Positions 23,154 through 35,191 of a stretch of 64,000 bases of DNA are shown piece by piece. Made by a program: the position numbers and the translations under genes. How positions within the stretch are numbered: the first letter of the stretch is position 1; each line of letters begins with the position of its first letter. Location: positions 186,001 through 250,000 of the forward strand of contig JBDOQK010000047.1 of the NCBI GenBank assembly GCA_040437565.1. Direction: 5' to 3'. This stretch comes from Albugo candida. Lineage: Eukaryota. A model generated the notes under the pieces. The model was not told where the DNA came from and did not search any database. It saw nothing but the letters and a program-made list of their open reading frames with translations.

Positions 23154-26100
23154 ATGAATTCATCTTTTCCTTCCTCGGGTAACGATGGATGCCCATCTGG
23201 CATGCCTGGTACAAATAACGGAGGCTTAAACCCAACCAGTGGAACGCATACTCTTCCCAGCACGTCATTCCCTTCGCAAGCATCGGCTCCTCCTCCTCCT
23301 TCTTTGGCCCAGTTGACTCATCCAAATCATCACGCATCGACGATGCATCATCCTATCCATGGAGGACATGTCAATGCGCAACATAACACACACCATACTT
23401 CCTCTCTTCTCCACTCCTCTGGTCCGTCTTCCCTTCCTCCCCCACCACTCACTTCAAACCTTTCAAACGCTGGCGCAACACGCTCCCCTCATCATCATCT
23501 TGCAGGCTCTATACTCCACATGGGTGAGGGTCCCGGGGCTATTCTCTCGAAATCAGGCGGATCGTACTCAACATCTTCCAATCACTCCATTCCTTCATCC
23601 TCAACTGTCAGCGGCCTCATCAATCATTCAGTTCGATTAACTTCTTCGAATGGTGGAAGTAATGGCGGCTCGAATCCGAATTTGGAAAATAATGAGATGA
23701 ATGCGTCGTCTAATTCACAGTATGGAATGTGTGGTCCAGCATCTACATCCCCACGACGGAATAGACATGATGGTGCTTCTGTTTCTCAGCAACAATCTTC
23801 ATTAAACCAGCAATTCTCCATGAATCGCAGCATGTATGTCGATTTCACGCTTGAATCATTTCTCCTTATGCTTGTTTTACAGGAATAAAGAAGGACCGGG
23901 AAAGCAATTTGATTATTATAATCTCACTGCTCCGATGAATAGTAACGCTACCTCACCAAGTCCACCTTCGATCACCCAACACCAGCAATCTTCCAATGCA
24001 TCGACATCTATGAACAATGTCGATAATACTCGTCGAGAGCTCCGGGTCGAAGACGCGCTGCTTTATTTGGATCAAGTGAAACAGCAATTCAACCACAAAC
24101 CAGATATTTACAATCAGTTCTTAGACGTGATGAAGGATTTTAAAGCACAAGCGTACGTCTCTCATCTTGTTGCATTCTCTTTCAATGTGACCTGAATGCT
24201 GTCTAGTATCAACACGCCAGGTGTCATCATGCGGGTCTCCAAATTATTCCGAGGATATCCGAGCTTGATTTTGGGCTTTAACACATTCCTACCGCCAGGA
24301 TATCGTATCCGACCAGACGGATCGCTTGCAGCTGCCCCGGAAGGAGTGCGTTTAGATCAATTGGATCATCCAGCTCCCAGTTTGCCTCCTGCAGCACCAC
24401 CATACCAGCAACCATCTCAAATGAACTCTTTTGGTGCCACAGTTGGCGCCAATAGCTCTGCTAATGGTAATAACGCGACGTGCCCCGGAGGTACCCTTTT
24501 CTGATCGAGAAGTTTCTAGCTCACGCGGTCTCTGTGTAGTCTCCAAGCAAGGCTCCCATTCACGATATCCTCTCACTGGGAAGCAGTCGTCTTTCACACA
24601 AGGTGATGTACTGCGTGCTGCATGCTGTCTCCGGTCTAAAAAAGGGTTTAGATGGCACTGCAATGACACAATCGTTGTCGTCGTTGGGCAACACTCACAT
24701 CACAACTGGCAATCTTCACGGATCCACCAACCCCGTCGAGTTCGATCACGCCATTCATTATGTCACAACGATCAAGCAGCGGTTTGCCGATGAACCCGAG
24801 ACGTACAAAGAATTTCTCGCAATTTTACACACATATCAACGCGAACAGCGATCTATTCGCCAAGTGCTGGATCAAGTCTCCTACTTATTTCGTGATCATC
24901 CGGATCTTTTACGTGAATTCACATTCTTCTTACCCGATGCAGTACAAGAACAAGCCAAAGAACGCCTGGATCTTGCAGCTGAAAAAGCACTACAACGCAA
25001 AGATCAAATGAATCGACCCAAGAGATCTCAAGGTCGGGCAGATCGATCTGGGAATCAAAGTTTTGTGAATTCATCGCATCTCTCGGTATCATCGTCGGCA
25101 GGTCGTAGTCAAGCAGACAATCACATGAATGTTTCGCTTTTGAATTCGCCTTCGAGTACGTCTGCCAAAGCGTATCGTAATTTCAACGACGGATCGGATG
25201 CCACAGAATACGGTTTGTCTTGCATTCTTTCAATCTATCGATCGGCTGGTAACGTCTTCTTACTGAGCACAGGTGATGCTATGCATTCTCCGTCGTACGA
25301 AGAGCGTGGAGAAGGATCAGAACGAAATGAAAGGGACTATGAACGCGATCGTACCAAAGCAATGTATGCATTACGTCGATCTAAACGACGACCATACAAC
25401 ACCAAAGAACGTCGATCAAAACTTGCAACACACGACGTCGTAGTCGATCAGGACGAATGGCATCTGTTCGAGCGAATTAAGCGTATACTTCCATCCCGGG
25501 ATAATTGGCGAGAGTTCCTTAAATGCTTGGAGCTGTATAGTCAAGAAGTTTTGGATCGGAATGAGATGCTTTCACTCGTGAAAAACCTATTTGGAAGACA
25601 TACGGATCTCATCAAAGAGTTTGATCGAATGTTGTGCTTACATGGAGAACTCAACTACCCGACAGAGATGTGGCCTTTTATCCCTTTGGCGGAAACGGAT
25701 CTCTCCCAATGTCGTCGTGCAACACCTTCGTATCGAGGCCTACCCGCCAGTTATCCGGTCCCACCATGTTCCTTCCGGTCCGAATTGGAGAAAAGCGTAT
25801 GCAATGACTTGTGGGTCTCGGTACCGACTGGAAGCGAGGATTTCTCCTTCAAAAATATGAGAAAGAATCAGTACGAAGAAGCGCTTTTCAAGTGCGAGGA
25901 CGAGCGATTTGAAATCGATATGATTATCGATTGCAACACATCGACTATCAATGTGTTGGAGCCTTTGGCTCGCGAATTGGAGATTTTGAAAGAAGAGCCC
26001 AACACGGAAAACAAATTGTGGACTTACGTGATCGATCGTAATTTATTTCGAGTCACCCATTTGAATGCGATTTCGCGGATCTATGGTGAGGCTGGGACGC

Positions 26101-28214
26101 AAATGCTCGAAATGCTTCGAAAATATCCTGCTGGAACCATTCCAATCATCTTGAAGCGGCTCAAGCAGAAAGATGAAGAATGGCGACGTGTACGTCAAGA
26201 TCTGAATAAGCAATGGAAAGAAGTGAATGAGAAGAATTACCATAAATCGCTGGATCATTCTTCGTTCTATTTCAAGCAGAAAGATAAGAATCAGACCAGC
26301 AGCAAAGTACTTTTATCGGAAGCAAAAAAAAAGTTGGAAGCATCCCAAGAACGCATACGGCAGCTGGCAAACGATGAAGCTGAGAAACACGAAGATAATT
26401 CACAAATCATGACCGAATCGGATGAGCGGGAAGTTGCTGAAAGTATGATCAAAACGGAAGCCTCTCGCGATGAAGACGTTAAAGAAGGCATTGAGGAGAT
26501 CAAATGCGACATCAAAGTGACAATCACATCCCCAACATCACCGAGAGATTCTCCACTTCTTCAAACAAATACGGCTCATTTTCAGTACAAATTTACCAAT
26601 GTCCAAATCCATCGTGATGCATACGGACTGTTATCGTACGCCGCTGAGAAAACACTTGGCTGTTCTAGTGACAAGGAGAAGGTCGCAAAGGTGTGGCAGT
26701 CGTTTTTCTTCCCTTTCTTTGGTCTACAAAAAGAATGGCTTGTTCAAAAACCACAGCCAACCACAACGACGCTGGAGAAAAAGAAGATTGTACGGCCAGA
26801 GACTGAAGTCGCATCTGATTTTGGGAATGGAATCATTCAGTATTACGACACTCGTACCAAAGTTTATGTGGTGAATCTATCAGTAGGACAAGGATTTCTC
26901 CAACCAAGTGCAATCACAATCCAAGAATCATCAGACTTCCCGCCCAACTTGCCCGTGTCCGACGACTCTGACGAAGCTGTTAATGCAGAGAAGTGTGCAA
27001 TCACTTTGATTGGAGATGAACACGCCTACCTATTCTTACGACTGTATCAAATGCTGCACCATCGCCTTGAACGTGCATTTGAGCTATGTGAAAAGGCCAA
27101 ACGGAATCGATATCGTCGTACTATTAATCCAGCCGCACGAGCGTTGGCCCATTCTCGTCATTCCTTGCAAGAAACCGCGGCAAAGGACGAGACTGTTGGC
27201 GATTACCAAGCATTCCTATCCAAATTGTACGGCGTCATTGGCGGCTGCGTGGATAATACCAAATATGAAGATTGCTGTCGTGGGCTGATGGGTTCGACTT
27301 CATATTTCTTGTTCACAATGGACAAATTGGTAGCGTTGATACTGAAACAGATGCAACAGCTGGCGATGGATGAGACTTCGGTTGAATTACTGGTGAGACG
27401 ATTTTTCCTGCTCGAATGTTGCGGCAAAACTGATGTTTGAGTACTTTTTGTAGAAACTTTTCAACGAGCAATGTGCAGCCAAAAGCTTGCATAACTCACA
27501 ATACGATTACCATAGCTACGTGAATAAGACCAAACCGATTCTCGAAGGTGACAGTACCTATCGTCTAAAGTACCAACCAGGTGTACTCCGACAAACGCCT
27601 TTGGATTTCAACCCGTCAACACCGGGGAAGGTGGGGATGGGATCCATGTTCAAAATATGGGCTCCATCACCCCGCGTACGTCAGCCAGAAGCTAATCAGT
27701 GGCTAATTGAACCCACGCTCGTCATTGAGCATCTTGGCTCACTCGATGAAGACCATGATGATGATGTGAATATGACTTGTTCTGGAGAGAATCCCACAGA
27801 AAGTTTGGCCGCAACTCCGATATTTGAGTCGTCCTGCCGCGACTCTAACGAAGATGGCGAGACCGATTCGATGGATCCACGTATTGAGATGGCTGAAGGC
27901 GAAAGTAGCGATGACGAAACAAATAATGTATCCACTTCGGAGGAAGATGAGACTAATGAAAACGTAAAGCGCTCGGGTAAGCTCATCTTCACGCCATACT
28001 CTTCTCTTGAACTGATCAGTGTTTTGTAGTCAAGGAAACGATTCTCGGCAAGCGACCTCGTGATCTTCAGAGTGATGAGGAAGGATTGGATGAGCGACAT
28101 GGACGAGAAATGGCCATTGATGACACTGCTGCTATGATTGTTACTGAAAGAATCGAAGAGGTAGCAGACTGTATCGAAGGTATGGACGAGCGGAATGCAA
28201 ATGCAGCAGAGTGA
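23154..28214 (+). CDS. SIN3: paired amphipathic helix co-repressor Sin3 (multi-exon)
   Basis: PAH1: [15 protein letters not shown]...[12 protein letters not shown]2: [20 protein letters not shown]3 follows. HDAC-interacting domain: TPSYRGLP...[34 protein letters not shown]. Sin3a_[11 protein letters not shown]. The GT-AG introns checked keep the frame. Confidence 0.95.
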
Positions 28215-29789
28215 TTGCAACGATTTGTTTTCACAAAGTGGGCGGAATGCTTGAGAATGCATGTAGCGATGATTTTAGTCGTTTCGACCAATCCTGACAA
28301 TTTATTAGTGGCATACTTATGACCAGTGATGTAGTTCGGGTATGACAATCCGTGTGAAAGCTGTTGTGAGGAAAATGATAATTATGCTCTTTAATAACGA
28401 ATTCTGGAAAGATCCGAGTGACTATCAATTCATAGGATGTGTCGATTGATTTGGTATATCCGTACGTTGAACCCATTTCCGACGATCAAGAAAGACGTAG
28501 GTACAGACATGCAATTTTTTGCACGTAAAGGCAACGAAATAGATTCAAAGATACAGGTGTCGGTAGTACAAGGAACGCACTGCCGAAAAGGCCAATTCCC
28601 TTGGGCGCAGTGTTAGAAAGATCATAGACTTTAGGTATGCATTCACTCATCACACTTGAAGTTGTCGTGTGAAAATAACCCCGAATCATCTTATACATTG
28701 TGTAGGGTTAATCACAGGCTTTATATATGCGACATTGCAGTGAATGCGGCTGAAGACTTGTATCAGATTTACATCAAGTATCACGGGCTATTGGTTGACG
28801 GGATATAAGTGCTAGTCACGTCGACTTGACAGCCAAATAAACAAAGACCCGATGAGAAGCCTTTTCATGGCTTGAATCCCGCCAAGTATAGAATGCGTGT
28901 CGCTGAGATATTCGATATGTCAGCCGTTTCATCATTGCGCGTATGTTCAAAGCGTGATTGACGTCATCACGTAGTGCGCTGCTTTTATATTGTGGCTCTT
29001 CTCTGTCCCTTCAAAAACTTTGTGAACGAGCTCGTTTTAAGAAATGAACACGAACATCGTGCTACTACTCGCACCAAATCCATAAATGTACATTTCTATC
29101 TGCCCACTCGATAACTGTTTACCANNNNNNNNNNNNNNNNNNNNNNNNNNNNNNNNNNNNNNNNNNNNNNNNNNNNNNNNNNNNNNNNNNNNNNNNNNNN
29201 NNNNNNNNNNNNNNNNNNNNNNNNGCCAAGTATAGAATGCGTGTCGCTGAGATATTCGATATGTCAGCCGTTTCATCATTGCGCGTATGTTCAAAGCGTG
29301 ATTGACGTCATCACGTAGTGCGCTGCTTTTATATTGTGGCTCTTCTCTGTCCCTTCAAAAACTTTGTGAACGAGCTCGTTTTAAGAAATGAACACGAACA
29401 TCGTGCTACTACTCGCACCAAATCCATAAATGTACATTTCTATCTGCCCACTCGATAACTGTTTACCAGACTGCATCTTAAATTAGCGGCGAATATTGCA
29501 AAAAAAAAAGCACCACTTTGGTCGGCTTCATCCCTAAAAATGCTCCCATGTAGTAGAGTGTATGCAGAACAAGCGATTCTCCCCTGAATTGCAGGCCCTT
29601 ATATAGCCGGCAAATTTAGAGTGAGTCTCGTTGTCAAAAATTAAACCTTTTCAGCTTGTATAAGAAAGTCATGTTCAGAAAATGGACTTTCCTATACTAT
29701 TTCTACCGGTCTTATCATGCCACATTTCATGTGGAGCTATTCATAGGTTCCCTTTGCCGAATTACTGGCTGCATTATTCGATTGCAAAG

Positions 29790-31332
29790 ATGAGGATCAA
29801 CGTCATCTATTATGCTGTGATATGCATGAATTCTCCAAAGTTTACAGTCTGTAGTCGCATGAATAAGGAGGAACGCGTCATCACACTAAATAGCGAGACG
29901 TTTGATACAGTGCTGAGCTTCACTGAAATGGTCATGGTCGCATTTGTCGCGGATGTGCGTATTCACGTAATTACGCTAAATCTCACACCGTATACTGACA
30001 TTATGTGTCCAGACTTGTAGAATATGTACTCTGGTACACAAAGAATATGAAAAAGCAGCGAAACAGCTACGGAAGGAGAAGATTCAGGTGACTTTAGCGA
30101 GAATTGATGTCGGTAATTCGACTGATGTCGCAGAGCGACTTGGCATCAAACGAGTTCCATCGTACAAACTCTATGGGAATAATGGGAAGCGCTCGGTGGA
30201 TTACAGAGGAATCCGAACCGCGGATGCGATAGTGAAATGGATTAGACTCTTTGAGGTGAATTATGTCAGCAACAAGGAAGAGCTTGCTGAATTTCGGAAG
30301 AAGCACAAAGACGTTTTACTGGCGAGTATCCCTGGTGACGACGAGAGTACCGCCAAAGTCCTGACTAAATTGCCATTTCATGATCTGGGAGTTGCTATTG
30401 CAGCGTACGCTGGATCCAAGTCGGACCTTATGAACATGATTGGTTTGGATGCACCGATTGTGCTATACCGAGATTCAAACGGGATGCCTGCGTCATATAA
30501 TGGAGATTTTGAAGATGCGGCACTCTTGAAATTTATCAAAAGTCATACGTCTTCTTCGTTGATGACATTCTCGCGAGACAGAGCCGGTGAGATATTTGGT
30601 GGAGATCGCAAAGAACATGTTTTGATATTCTACGATTTTGCTGACAAGAATGCTAAAGCACTGAAATCAACAATACGGAGTATTGCTACAGATCATGAAG
30701 AGCTCGATATGGCATATGTTCTTGTATCAGCGGATGAATATTTTCTTCTCGAAAAGTTCCGAATACGGAGAAATGAATTACCGGCTATCTTGCTGATCGA
30801 TGCAAAGAAGGCGACTAAATCGTACCATTTCCAACGGCAAGGACAGGATCTGAATTCAGCAATTGATAGCAATCTGGTGGATGAATTGATCAAGTTTGTT
30901 CAGACATTCCGTTCTGGCAAGCTGACTCCTTCTTTGAAGTCTTCTGAGCCTGTCGACGACAGTGACGAAAAACTAAAACAAATTGTGGGCTCACAATTTC
31001 AAGAACGTGTGATGAAAAGCGATAAGGACATTTTGTTGATATTCATAGCACCGTGGTGCTCCTACTGCAAAGCACTTTCATCGATATATACGCATCTTGC
31101 TGAGAAGTACTCTGGCGTCGATAGCATTATGATTGCAAAAATGGATGCGATCAAGAACGACGTGGATCACCCGGAGGTAAACGTGGTCGCATATCCAACT
31201 ATCATGTTTTTCCCTGCTGGCGACAAGAACCATCCAGTCAAATACGAAGGCCATCGTGACGTTAAAAGTTTTGTCAAGTTTTTACAGTCACATACACAAT
31301 ACTTTGCTCAGAAGCTACACCACGAGCTGTAG
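29790..31332 (+). CDS. protein disulfide isomerase-like (a-b-b'-a'), divergent active sites
   Basis: VITLNSETFD...MVAFVAD, intron 29955-30012, then TCRICTLVHKEYEKAAKQL. The a' domain reads DILLIFIAPWCSYCKAL...IAKMDAIKNDV...YPTIMFFPAG. The C-terminus HHEL is HDEL-like. Confidence 0.9.
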
Positions 31333-32231
31333 GAGACCGTCTTTATCATTTTACAAAAGCGGTCAGGGTCGTTTTCGACCGTCAAGGGTTGACTAGCATG
31401 CACATAGTTCCCATTTGGTAATGTTAAGAGAAACCTCATTCTGACTCTGTGAAATAGCTGTCATTTCTGATCGAAAGCAGAAAAGCAGCCTGCGATGATG
31501 GCCGCATCGAGCAGTGGATGCATCGAATCCATCCCTATATCTGGTTCATGCATCAATCTTGACTGAAACTCGTTCAATCGTTTACAGCACCATGTCACGT
31601 ATTGAATTCAGGAGTAGCTTCTAACGCTTGTCGTCGCCTAATCCATCTTCTATAGGAGCACGCGTCTATCTACACCAAGCGAATCGAAGTATCTGTTGAG
31701 TTGCGGAATCATTGGGAGCCATATAGACATCGCTGTGAATGAATCTCCTGGCGATAAACAAGCTCATTCAGGCGAGTTGTACAAACTGACACATGCACGC
31801 TTACACCGTGCTTTGATGGCTCAGCGCATGCAGTATCATATATTGAGCTTCCGATGCAAATGAATACTGTAACTTCACGTTTTGACTACTTCCATCAGAC
31901 ACATTTTAAGCTACGACAGGTGTAAACACGTTGGCTACATGCTCCTCCCGATATCCCACATGAGCACAATTTTTTTTCTTGTCTATGGAACGAATGAATA
32001 GATGGCAGTGACAATCTCGAAGTGAAATGGCCTCCATATACAAATTCAGAACAAATTTGATATCTCAACACCCTAAAAAATTGCTTTTAAAGGTCAATAA
32101 ATTCATATCAATTGCATCCATACTAATGCTCTCACGATCGCTTTCTCATGGATCATCGGCAATCGTGTAGATAACACAGCTAAAGGAAGGCGGCATGTTC
32201 TTGATGTTTATAGTGTCGAGTGGATTGTACC

Positions 32232-32798
32232 TTAATCGGTAAAACCTTCTGGATGACTTTTATCGAGCTCGCTAGTTTGAGCTTGAGCCGTGCACACAAC
32301 TTGCGCAAGAGTGGCACTCTGAGCAATCTCACGAAGCACTATAGAGTGAATAATGAGCTATCGCATGATTATTTAGCCATGTCCCACCCACCAGAAATGA
32401 ATTCTTGTCGTGTTTGTCGAAGTTCGTGCGTTGGTAGGGCGCTGAACCAGAGAATTGGATCATGCAATGGGATGGACTGTGCGCAATTTATCTGTGTTTT
32501 TTCCAAGCTGACCAGCTCACTGTCATCCCTGTCACCAATTTCGTACCCCGAGGAGCCACTAGCAGAATACTTGATCGCATTGAATGACGTAGGATACGAA
32601 ATGATCGACAAATTGTGAGCTGAATGGCGACGTTTTGCTCTCGAGAGCATCAGGAAACACTACTATGCGCATGTTAGTCATAAATGGAAGTGCACAGGTA
32701 TCACATAAACTTTCCTTTTGGAGTTTACTGCATACTTTGTCATGCTGCACAAGGTATTGCTCGTATTGGCCGATAGTTTCGACCAGGATTTCGTCCAT
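32232..32798 (-). CDS. CCDC115: CCDC115/Vma22 V-ATPase assembly factor homolog (3 exons)
   Basis: Spliced product MDEILVETIGQYEQYLVQHDKVCSKLQK-CFLMLSRAKRRHSAHNLSIISYP...DPILWFSALPTHELRQTRQEFIS-VLREIAQSATLAQ matches CCDC115 motifs (G.L.L.KAR; DPL.WF....P..LRQAQ..F). Stop TAA at 32232-32234. Confidence 0.8.
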
Positions 32799-32818
32799 GT
32801 CACCTATATTACCGTGAT

Positions 32819-33039
32819 TGACTCAAGTGTAATAATTTACATTTAAAAGGCTTTTAATGAAAGAAAGGCATAGATGCGAAGAGCCTTTAGGGATAAGTTC
32901 AGAATACTAATACAGCAAAATAACTTATATTAATTACAATTATGGGCTGACACTTGACTGCAACTGAACAGCTACTTCATCTACTGACAATTCTTCAGCT
33001 TCATTTCCAAACATCTCGCTTGCATCCATAATGACGTGA
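32819..33039. repeat. dispersed repeat, copy A (copy B at 40047-40268)
   Basis: About 220 bp shared with 40047-40268, with 5 substitutions and 1 indel in the first ~95 bp. Both copies stop at N gaps at the same base (...ataatgacgtga). Confidence 0.85.
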
Positions 33040-33293
33040 NNNNNNNNNNNNNNNNNNNNNNNNNNNNNNNNNNNNNNNNNNNNNNNNNNNNNNNNNNNNN
33101 NNNNNNNNNNNNNNNNNNNNNNNNNNNNNNNNNNNNNNNTGTGTCGTTTGCAGCAATTCGCTCATTGCAAACGACACACAGAATGAGATATATCGATCGA
33201 ATACTGCAACTATTGCATTCATTCCATGCGGCATTGCTATTTTTAGAATTGGCGACGATGTACCGTGGATTCCAAAAGTACACAGCGGCGACT

Positions 33294-33749
33294 ATAGGGT
33301 CCGTACCCAGCTCAGTCGGTTAAGCACTTAAGCGCACGGACCCCCTGCCGGAGGTCGTTAGTTCGATCCCCGGCAGTGTGGGCAGCGGTTTGAACCCACC
33401 CAAGCAATAAGCTTGGAAAATATCTGCCTCCCTAGGTTTGAANNNNNNNNNNNNNNNNNNNNNNNNNNNNNNNNNNNNNNNNNNNNNNNNNNNNNNNNNN
33501 NNNNNNNNNNNNNNNNNNNNNNNNNNNNNNNNNNNNNNNNNNCACGGACCCCCTGCCGGAGGTCGTTAGTTCGATCCCCGGCAGTGTGGGCAGCGGTTTG
33601 AACCCACCCAAGCAATAAGCTTGGAAAATATCTGCCTCCCTAGGTTTGAATCAGACTTAAGTGACATTCACACGGTCAGGGGCTCATGATAGAATAAGGA
33701 AGGTAGTTAAAGAACCAGATAAACACTGTAATGAAATCCTTGAGAAAGT
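33294..33749 (+). mobile_element. tRNA-derived SINE-like element (about 250 bp after removing gap and overlap)
   Basis: tRNA-like head with A-box-like cagctcagtcgg (33308-33319), gaggtc and B-box gttcgatcc (33361-33369), but no intact cloverleaf. The direct repeat agcggcgact flanks it at 33284-33293 and 33750-33759. 33335-33442 is duplicated across the gap at 33543-33650. Confidence 0.7.
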
Positions 33750-35191
33750 AGCGGCGACTCGGACATTGAATATGCTGGTGCTTTTGCACACAGACATGTG
33801 ATATTGATATATACTTTGCAAATGAAACCATTGTAGTTAAGTGACTCGGTTAGAACAGCACAAGAAATGTATGCTTCTTTATAATTACATATCTAGTCGC
33901 AGTCTACTATCAAAAGTGCAACTCGCACGAACTTCAATCCAGCGGCATGAGTCCGTTTCAGTACAGCTCGCCTTCTAAGCAGTATTTATGTTCTATGCTC
34001 CCTCTCGATCAGCGCACTTGATCTTTTCTTTTTGTACGACTTGATGGGTCCGCCAGTTGAGAGGAAAGCTCGTTTTATGGTGAGCAGCTTCACTTGCAAC
34101 GTATTCGTCCAATACGGCAACCAAAGTATAAGGATCACAATGTAAACTCAGCGATATCGCTCCTTTGGATGACCTCAACACCGGTGCTCCAGTGTTTCCA
34201 TGAGATCGAAATACAAGCAAAAAAGGAGTCCATTTTCGATGTGTGATTCACACGCAAATGCCAACTTGGAGGCGCTGTGAAGACCGTTTTGGGATTTTTC
34301 ATAAGAGCTTGCGCTCGATCGCATCACAGGAGGCGACGCAGCTGTACTTTTCAGCTTCCATTCTCCACCTCGGCGATAGAAATGGGTCGCATGTGCTACT
34401 AGCCCTTTGCTAAGTAATCGACGGATCCAAGAAAGGCGGCGTCCTTCCAACAATTTTGTCTTGAAATCTTCACAACGTTTACATGTCTCCAAATTCTGCG
34501 ATTGGACTCTTTCGATTCTCAAGGCTTTTGAATGGAGGAATGCGTATGTTTTCGAAATCACTCGAAAATCTCAACTTTTCAGTACTCTAAAACCAAAATC
34601 AACCTAGACTCAAAAGCCTACTAACTTAGTATTCGTGATGAGGTTTTGGATCCTCAAGTTTAACAAGGTCATCGGATATGTGCGAAGCAGGACGGAAATC
34701 CGCTTGCATGCTCTCCCTCTCGAGCTTACGATCGGTCGCAAGTCATTTTCATCTGCAAATACGGTGTATGGAATTCAGGATTTCTTTGAGAAAATGGAGA
34801 GCATGAACGCTTATTTCCTCTCATTTCTAGGATGTTGTGTGCATGCTACTGTTAAATCTCCCTGGTCAAGCGAATTTCGTCGTATCCCTCTCGATCAACC
34901 TCAAGTGCGACCTCACCCTCCACGAGTGTATTGAGTAATTTATGGCTTGCGAGTAGAGTGAATGACTTACTCGAGGATTTGAGGATACTGAGATACTGAC
35001 AAGTGCTCGATCGTTTCACGTGATCGGCTTTGGGAACGGCTTTGTGTGGCGCTCGAACGAAATATCTCGACGCATACATCCGCAGCTGATGCTCATGATA
35101 CCTCCAAAACTACGCAATCAAGCCAAATGACGGAAATGGAGGCAAATGATCAAGTCAAAAAATTAAAGATATTCTCCATACTGTCACGGCT

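Noticed and set aside
24480..24650. Apparent premature stop or frameshift in Sin3
   Set aside because: Two short GT-AG introns flanking a small exon restore the frame.
10956..28214. Possible functional cluster of chromatin regulators (PWWP-MPN, Tudor/TFIIS-N, Sin3)
   Set aside because: Interrupted by an unrelated transporter, mixed orientation, and expected by chance in a gene-dense genome without synteny evidence.
33250..33260. tggcgacga resembling an LTR-retrotransposon primer-binding site
   Set aside because: Not preceded by an LTR-terminal CA, and no gag/pol remnants were recognised nearby.
33297..33385. Functional tRNA gene
   Set aside because: There is an extra ccca before the D-arm, no anticodon stem, an unpaired T-stem, and no acceptor-stem complement at the expected 3' position; better explained as a tRNA-derived element.
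33993..35079. Cluster of short ORFs on both strands
   Set aside because: No domain similarity or consistent frame; possibly degraded sequence but not assignable.
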